Part shown: in pieces, positions 17,132-22,810 of the stretch
Position numbering within the stretch: the stretch's first letter is position 1
Layout: the number at the start of each line of letters is the position of its first letter
Assembly (NCBI GenBank): GCA_043732185.1
Contig: JAYTHY010000111.1
Location: forward strand, 1 to 22,810
Source: Fibrobacteria bacterium
GTDB taxonomy: Bacteria; Fibrobacterota; Fibrobacteria; UBA11236
DNA length: 22,810 nucleotides
Reading direction: 5' to 3'
Translations under genes and position numbers: made by a program
Notes under the pieces: generated by a model
What the model was told of the DNA's origin: nothing
Database searches by the model: none
The model's input: the letters and a program-made list of their open reading frames with translations, nothing else

Positions 17132-17872
17132 TTACGGTATTTTAATGCGATCTGCTAATGGATCCGACATCCCTGCTTCCTTAAATCCTTTAATCCGGAG
17201 CAAGCAGGAAGGACATTGCCCACAAGGCGGAAATAAACCTTCGTAGCAGGTGTGGCTATGGGCTAAAGAGTCCATGGCCCCCAATTGCACTGCCCATCGC
17301 ACGGAATCCGCCTTGGATTGATACATCAATGGTGTGTGGAGAATGAGTCCTTGACCGGTTAGAGCCGGTACGTCAGGCACGGTCCAGCCCAAGCCCAGTG
17401 ATAGCGCCTGCTCAAGACTAGTCATGGTCGCAGCCCGGCAATCCGGGTATCCGCTGTAATCCGTTTGACACACGCCGGTGACCAGGTCCCTAATCCCAAG
17501 GGTAAACGCATAACTAGCCGCATAAGTCAGGAACACAAGATTCCGTCCTGGTACAAATGTATTGGGAAGGCTTCCTGAAGTGGATAAGGCTTCAATGTCC
17601 AAGCGGGAATCTATCAGGGCATTTCCACCCAGCTGGGTAAAGAAATCGAGGCGAAAAACTTTAAGCGGGACGGACAGATTGGCTGCAATGATTTCTGCGG
17701 CCTTCTGTTCCGAGGCATGCCGCTGGCCATAATCAAAAAAAATGGCCTTGACCGATCGAAACGTTTGCAGGGCCCAATGCAAGCAAATGGTGGAATCCTG
17801 GCCTCCGGAAAAGACGACCAGACAATCGCGATCCCTTGCTTCCAAATCCGCTTCTTTATTGAAGGTAACCAT
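17132..17872 (-). CDS. queC: 7-cyano-7-deazaguanine synthase
   Basis: Motifs FSGGQDS, FDYGQRH, NTFVPGRN, TDYSGYPDCR, TPLM and Zn site TCYEG...CGQCPSC-x-LR. Start moved to ATG 17872 to remove the overlap with queE. Confidence 0.95.
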   Translation of the reverse strand: MVTFNKEADLEARDRDCLVVFSGGQDSTICLHWALQTFRSVKAIFFDYGQRHASEQKAAEIIAANLSVPLKVFRLDFFTQLGGNALIDSRLDIEALSTSGSLPNTFVPGRNLVFLTYAASYAFTLGIRDLVTGVCQTDYSGYPDCRAATMTSLEQALSLGLGWTVPDVPALTGQGLILHTPLMYQSKADSVRWAVQLGAMDSLAHSHTCYEGLFPPCGQCPSCLLRIKGFKEAGMSDPLADRIKIP

Positions 17873-17916
17873 CGATATTGCCCCGAAAACCGTTGAACTT
17901 TGCGAAAAGTACGGGC

Positions 17917-18540
17917 CTACCGCAGGCCCAGTTCTTTGTGTAGTTGAAAAGAAAGTTTCCATCGAGGATTAGACATAACCGCCTCGGTGGTTTTTGCCCA
18001 TTCCTGCTTGGTCGCTGCCTCGTCTCGCATTCCCCCGCCCCATTTTCCAGAACGAATTTCTTTGGGCTGTAAATAATAATGTGCAAAGGAGGAATCCTCA
18101 TAAAACCCCAGGTCTTGGGATTCATAGACCAGCTTGAGTTCCTGTCCTTGCTTCAATACCCATTGCCCCTTTTGGGATAGCTTTGGGCTGACGGTGACCC
18201 AATCTACACCCAAGGTGTCGAGAGAGCTTCCATTGGTTTCCAGAGTCACATAATACCCCTTAAGATGCAGCAAGGAAATCAAACTGCGCATGGCCCTGGA
18301 CTGAATGGTAGGCTCTCCACCAGTTAGCACTACAAAGCGACATGGGTAGGGCACAATTTTTTCCCAAAGGAGTTCCGGAGTCCATTTTTCCTTAGGCGAA
18401 AAGTCGGTGTCGCAAAAATCACAGGCTAAATTGCAACCTGCACTGCGAATAAATATCGCGGGCGTTCCCGCATGAAAGCCTTCTCCTTGGATGGAATAGA
18501 AAACCTCAGCAATATTTATGGTTTCAAGCATGGTTACCAA
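17917..18540 (-). CDS. queE: 7-carboxy-7-deazaguanine synthase (radical SAM)
   Basis: Motifs EVFYSIQGEG, FIR-x-x-GCNLACDFCDT, LTGGEP, LETNG, VTVSPK and WKLSFQLHK. Adjacent to queC. The start may instead be ATG 18531. Confidence 0.95.
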   Translation of the reverse strand: MVTMLETINIAEVFYSIQGEGFHAGTPAIFIRSAGCNLACDFCDTDFSPKEKWTPELLWEKIVPYPCRFVVLTGGEPTIQSRAMRSLISLLHLKGYYVTLETNGSSLDTLGVDWVTVSPKLSQKGQWVLKQGQELKLVYESQDLGFYEDSSFAHYYLQPKEIRSGKWGGGMRDEAATKQEWAKTTEAVMSNPRWKLSFQLHKELGLR

Positions 18541-18657
18541 GGGACAAAAGACTTTAATGGGATAATTTTAACAAGCCCCGGCCGATATAACCAACCTTCT
18601 CGCTGAAAATTGGCCCGCGCAGATCAGAATTGCCGTTTGCGTACTTACTTTTTGGAC

Positions 18658-19320
18658 ATGGAAAACGGATCTTTTGAAATAACCCAACGCTACCTCATGC
18701 AATTGCTGGGATATTTGGAGGGCGTGCACAGCTCCATGGACTGGGATACCCTGGAGGACGGAACCCATGAACAACCTTCCGGTCTGCCGCCTCGAATCGA
18801 AGCCATTCTTTCCCACAGTGGCTATTTAGAAGGCATGCGCCTCAAAGCACAAGGCTGCCTATCCTCAGACATTCTAGAATTCATCCGTACCGTCGGCATG
18901 GCTTTTGAGATCGAAGCCGTTCCGCAAGGCACCTTCAAGCTTCCTTACTTGGACGGGGAAATTGCCATTCAACGTAAAACGATGAACGATTTCATGGAAA
19001 AAGCCTGGCTCGTTTACCATGCCGCACTGCTCAGCGCCTACACCCTGCGACAGCTCCAATTTGAACGAAGTCCGGCAGCTAACGGTTTAGAAGAAGTTGT
19101 TCACATCCGTGAATCTTTGCCAAACCTGGAGAGCCGGTGGGCTGGCGTAGGTATCACACCCGATACCGTCCATACGCTGAACAATGGGCTCTCGGGGATT
19201 ATGGGATATGTGAGTTTGATTTTAGAAGAGAGAAGAGCCGACCCGGACCTTCAGCAGAAATTGGGAATGGTTCTCGAAGCTGCCAAACATGCGGCCGCCT
19301 CCTTGCCTATTACGGGTTGA
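18658..19320 (+). CDS. Hypothetical protein with C-terminal HisKA/DHp-like helical hairpin and no HATPase domain
   Basis: C-terminus VHTLNNGLSGIMGYVSLIL...LQQKLGMVLEAAKHAA resembles an H-box. The first ATG is at 18658; the ORF track starts at TTG 18610. Confidence 0.7.
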   Translation: MENGSFEITQRYLMQLLGYLEGVHSSMDWDTLEDGTHEQPSGLPPRIEAILSHSGYLEGMRLKAQGCLSSDILEFIRTVGMAFEIEAVPQGTFKLPYLDGEIAIQRKTMNDFMEKAWLVYHAALLSAYTLRQLQFERSPAANGLEEVVHIRESLPNLESRWAGVGITPDTVHTLNNGLSGIMGYVSLILEERRADPDLQQKLGMVLEAAKHAAASLPITG

Positions 19321-19357
19321 TACCAACCTTCATTTTAACCACCCTTCCGCCCATGGA

Positions 19358-20065
19358 TTAAATTCCATAATTTATGATGACCTTAGCGCACATATTTTCA
19401 CGCCTGCGGCCCGCCAACCCTATGGCAAGTGCCGTAACAAGTTCGGACTGATGTCCAAATTTTACACGCAATGCCGGTTGCAAATCCATAGCCAAATACT
19501 CCTCAAAACCAGTGGTTTGACTGGACGATATTAAACCACATTCTAGCGCCAGGTTATGGGCCACCGCCAAGGTTGGGTAATATCCTAGTTCCATGGCCAT
19601 AAGGGCGTCTCGGTCCACCAAGGCTTCCATAAAACCAAAGTGCGTCACCAAGGGAGCCGAGAACCAGGAAAGGTATTGGAATTTGTGATGGGTGGAAATA
19701 GAGAAACCCTTGCCTGTATTTAAATCGGTGCCTATCATGAGATCCGCCTGAACACTGGTATGCTTTAGCGTCAACCACTTTACCCCAAAAATTAAATACG
19801 GGAAATTATCTTCCACATTTCCCCAACGGGTTTGCAAGCGGGCACCCAACTCTACCCGCGGAGTAGCTTGCAAGGCAATGGCTACTGGCAGGTCGAATGT
19901 GGAGGTGGTTTGGGAGCGCATGTAGGCACCACCCGATAAAGTTGTCGCGCATTGAAAGTTACTGCTTGGGACGAGGTTATAAGAAGCCTCATGGATGGGA
20001 TTAAGGGCGAAAACCACCTGAAAAACCGTTAATCCGAGTAACGTAACCCTAATGTTACAGGTCAT
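19358..20065 (-). CDS. Exported hypothetical protein, probable outer-membrane beta-barrel
   Basis: GGAGGG RBS before ATG 20065 and a signal peptide ending VFA. Alternating hydrophobic strands (VELGARLQ, LIFGVKW, ELGYY) and a terminal strand AKVIINYGI. Confidence 0.65.
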   Translation of the reverse strand: MTCNIRVTLLGLTVFQVVFALNPIHEASYNLVPSSNFQCATTLSGGAYMRSQTTSTFDLPVAIALQATPRVELGARLQTRWGNVEDNFPYLIFGVKWLTLKHTSVQADLMIGTDLNTGKGFSISTHHKFQYLSWFSAPLVTHFGFMEALVDRDALMAMELGYYPTLAVAHNLALECGLISSSQTTGFEEYLAMDLQPALRVKFGHQSELVTALAIGLAGRRRENMCAKVIINYGI

Positions 20066-20252
20066 ATTCCCTCCAACTCTCCGTCGCATGCCTAGATATT
20101 ATAGGATTATTTGACCCCCATCTGCCTTTAATTTGGCCCCTTCTCCTTTAATTACTGCTTGCAGTGGCGATGTATATTTCTCAAGGAATTGAGGCTTTCA
20201 GGCTGCAATTTTAAAGGTGCTGGGTGAATAACTAATTTGAGGACAAGACTTT

Positions 20253-21407
20253 ATGAAAAAAACACTTCGAAAACCCATCGCCGCCCCGAGCGGATGGGAT
20301 GAGACGAGCATCCTGAGTATGGCCAGAAAAAGCATCCAGGCGCTTAAGCCTTATGTTCCCGGGCGATCTATTGAAGACGTGCGCGCCACATACCACCCGC
20401 CCTCCATCACTAAATTGGGGTCCAACGAGAATCCCCTAGGAGCCAGCACAAAGGTGATCGCCGCCATACAGGCGGCCCTACCTAAAGTTTCCCTTTACCC
20501 GGATGGTTCCAGCCGTAAGGTTCGACAAGCCTTGGCAAATGCCCACGGTCTGACCCTCGACCAGGTCATGGTCGGCAATGGCTCCGATGAAGTGCTCCTC
20601 ATGATTGCGGCTGCTTTCCTGAATCCTGGCGAAAAAGTTCTAATCTCCGAGAATACTTTTTCTGAATACGAATTCTCTGCACGAGTCCTGGATGGAAAAG
20701 TTGTCAGGATCCCTCTTAAAAATAACCGTTATAACTTAAAAGCCTTCAAAGCCAAGTTGTCTCTTAAACCGAAATTGATTTTCCTCTGCAATCCCAACAA
20801 CCCCACCGGATCGTATTTCACCCATTCGGAATTGGTCGATTTATTGGAAGCCTTGCCCCGAAAAACCTTGCTGGTTGTGGACGAAGCCTATTGCGAATAT
20901 GCCGATGCCGCTGATTTTCCTCAATGTTTTTCACTCTTATCCAAATTTCCAAATCTGATTGTTTGCCGCACATTCAGCAAGATTTTTGGCATGGCGGGCA
21001 TGCGTCTGGGTTACGCCTTTGCCCATCCCTTGATCATACGCGAGGCGGCCCGAGTTAAAACACCCTTTAACATAAACCTACTGGTACAAGCTGGTGCCCT
21101 TGCCGCGCTTGCAGATGAATCGTTTAGGGCTCGTTCCTATAAAAACAATCTTGTCGGTAGAAAATATTTAGAAACGGAGTTCAAAAAGCTGGGACTCAAT
21201 TTTGTCCCCACTCAGGCAAATTTCATTTGCTTCCAAACCAAAAGGCCGGCCGTTGATATTTGTGAAGACTTACTGAAGCGGGGTATGATCATCCGAGCTT
21301 TGAGAAGCTTTGGGCTGGAATATTGGAATAGGGTGACTATAGGAACACCGGCGCAAAATAAACGATTCATCGTAAACTTAACCGCGGTGTTGGCCAAGGG
21401 GCGCTAA
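20253..21407 (+). CDS. hisC: Histidinol-phosphate aminotransferase
   Basis: Motifs PYVPG, KLGSNENP, YPD, GNGSDE, CNPNNPTG, VDEAY, PLP-lysine motif RTFSKIFGMAGMRLGY, ANF and RVTIGT. Confidence 0.93.
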   Translation: MKKTLRKPIAAPSGWDETSILSMARKSIQALKPYVPGRSIEDVRATYHPPSITKLGSNENPLGASTKVIAAIQAALPKVSLYPDGSSRKVRQALANAHGLTLDQVMVGNGSDEVLLMIAAAFLNPGEKVLISENTFSEYEFSARVLDGKVVRIPLKNNRYNLKAFKAKLSLKPKLIFLCNPNNPTGSYFTHSELVDLLEALPRKTLLVVDEAYCEYADAADFPQCFSLLSKFPNLIVCRTFSKIFGMAGMRLGYAFAHPLIIREAARVKTPFNINLLVQAGALAALADESFRARSYKNNLVGRKYLETEFKKLGLNFVPTQANFICFQTKRPAVDICEDLLKRGMIIRALRSFGLEYWNRVTIGTPAQNKRFIVNLTAVLAKGR

Positions 21408-21431
21408 CCCTGCGTTTGCACTCAGCCCTCT

Positions 21432-22808
21432 TTAAGGCTGCACTTCCATGGCCAACATGGTCAAGTCATCGTGATAAGGCTCATTGCGGGTAAAGACACG
21501 AACATCTTCCAGAATACGTTTCAGCAACAAATCCGGCTGAAAGGCTGAACCACCGGTTAATATTTTAAGCAGCCGTTCCAACCCATAAAAATTCCGGTCC
21601 TTATCCATGGCATCCAAAAGGCCGTCGGTAAAGATAAGGAAGCGATCCCCGGCTACCAACTCAATTTCCATTTCTTCCATGGCACCAACAAACATAGGGC
21701 CACCGACTATTCCAAGCGCCATCCCCTTGGAATTTATGGAAGTTGGTTTTTCACCGGATCCGGCACGCTGAATCAGCAAAGGTGGATGCCCGGCACGCGC
21801 ATAGGACATGGACTTTCCCTCCTTGTCGACAATTAAGCAAAGGGCCGTGACAAAGCTTTTATCATCCAAGTCCTTTAGCATAAGGTCATTGACCGCGCAC
21901 ATCAATTTCTTTGCAGAGTTTTCATAACGGGCCTCGGCCCGGAAAGTACTACGCAACATGGTCATGACCAAAGCTGCGGGAATGCCTTTGCCGCTAACAT
22001 CGGCAATGACAATCACCCAGCTTCCTTGATCCGTCTGAAAGTAATCGAGGTAATCGCCCCCCACTTCATTTGCGGGGTAGTAGGCGCCGGAAAGGTTAAT
22101 GCGGGGAATGTTGGGCTTATCCTTTGGCGTAAACCGCCTTTGGATGGTTTGGGCCACTTCTAACTCACTTGCAAGACGCGCTTTCTTGTCCAACTCCAAG
22201 AAGTTGTTGGCATTGGAAAGACTGATGGCTGCCTGTGTAGCTAATGTATTGATGATGACATTTTCCTGTTCGTACCAAGAGAGGAAAGATGTTGGAGCAA
22301 AAATTTGGACCACGGCAAGCGGCTTTTCCTCTACGAGCAATGGAATAGCTAAGTAAACGGGATAGTCCTCCATACCCAGGAAATCGATTTTTCCAATTGC
22401 GGGTGATGTCTTACGGTTGGCAATGGTAATAGGAAATAGGAGAGGCTCTTGTCCCTGTTGAGAAAGAAATCCAGCGCAGGCTCGTCGATGTTCCGGCTCG
22501 GATAGCCGAGTGGACGTGGCGCCGCATTCATAACCTGCATTCCCCATCTCACAAATAGCCGCTTCAATTCCGGGATGACAGCCCACAAAGTTTTTAACTA
22601 TTGCAGGTAAAAGCTCCTTCCGATGGGGATACAGGGCGAGCTGATGGGCAGCGGAATTCAGAAAGTGCAATTGACCGACTCTGGACTCCAAGCCAAGGTT
22701 GGCCTGTTGGAGCATCTTCTCGCCTTCCCGCAACGCCCTTTCCGTACGAAGATGTTCCTTGATTTCCTGAACGAGCGCAGCCGTGCGATCTTGGACTCGA
22801 ATTTCCAA
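21432..22808 (-). CDS. SpoIIE/RsbU-type PP2C serine phosphatase with coiled coil and GAF domain (5' end outside the window)
   Basis: Motifs ELEVAQTIQ, PANEVGGDY, IADVSGKG, AGHPP, FTDG and HDDLTML. GAF-like AIPL...LATQAAISL precedes them. The frame is open to the window edge. Confidence 0.92.
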   Translation of the reverse strand: MEIRVQDRTAALVQEIKEHLRTERALREGEKMLQQANLGLESRVGQLHFLNSAAHQLALYPHRKELLPAIVKNFVGCHPGIEAAICEMGNAGYECGATSTRLSEPEHRRACAGFLSQQGQEPLLFPITIANRKTSPAIGKIDFLGMEDYPVYLAIPLLVEEKPLAVVQIFAPTSFLSWYEQENVIINTLATQAAISLSNANNFLELDKKARLASELEVAQTIQRRFTPKDKPNIPRINLSGAYYPANEVGGDYLDYFQTDQGSWVIVIADVSGKGIPAALVMTMLRSTFRAEARYENSAKKLMCAVNDLMLKDLDDKSFVTALCLIVDKEGKSMSYARAGHPPLLIQRAGSGEKPTSINSKGMALGIVGGPMFVGAMEEMEIELVAGDRFLIFTDGLLDAMDKDRNFYGLERLLKILTGGSAFQPDLLLKRILEDVRVFTRNEPYHDDLTMLAMEVQP

Positions 22809-22810
22809 AT

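Noticed and set aside
17132..18540. queC/queE as a 7-deazaguanine DNA-modification (dpd) or QueC-based defence system
   Set aside because: Both proteins look canonical. No dpdA/tgt paralogue, helicase, TatD or ATPase is adjacent, so tRNA queuosine synthesis is the simpler reading.
18541..18657. preQ1 riboswitch upstream of queE
   Set aside because: No recognisable preQ1-I stem-loop with an A-rich tail by eye. An Infernal search would be needed to exclude it fully.

Overview
Mostly chromosomal housekeeping and cell-envelope DNA from a diderm bacterium. Two secreted proteins with T9SS/FlgD-like C-terminal domains hint at the FCB group, possibly Fibrobacterota, but that is inference. Gene order: a secreted 7x Fn3-repeat protein, ilvN-ilvB, divergent radC, a PDZ-TlpA thioredoxin, a hypothetical protein, an uncalled 33-aa Lys/Ala-rich ORF, a TSP3-repeat/OmpA-like protein, an MFS transporter, a VIT-vWA secreted protein, citrate synthase, icd, a Cys-less flavoprotein disulfide-reductase homologue, queC-queE, an orphan HisKA-like protein, a beta-rich exported protein, hisC and a partial GAF-PP2C phosphatase. 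I saw no rRNA, tRNA, CRISPR array, IS element or prophage, and no clear-cut new multi-gene system. Best leads: (1) a reductase lacking both redox cysteines, co-oriented with NADP-type icd and a mitochondrial-type citrate synthase; (2) a Crp/Fnr-type site at class II spacing upstream of radC; (3) a protein ending in an H-box hairpin with no ATPase domain; (4) the small basic ORF missed by the ORF track. All calls are by-eye motif recognition, with no database searches.
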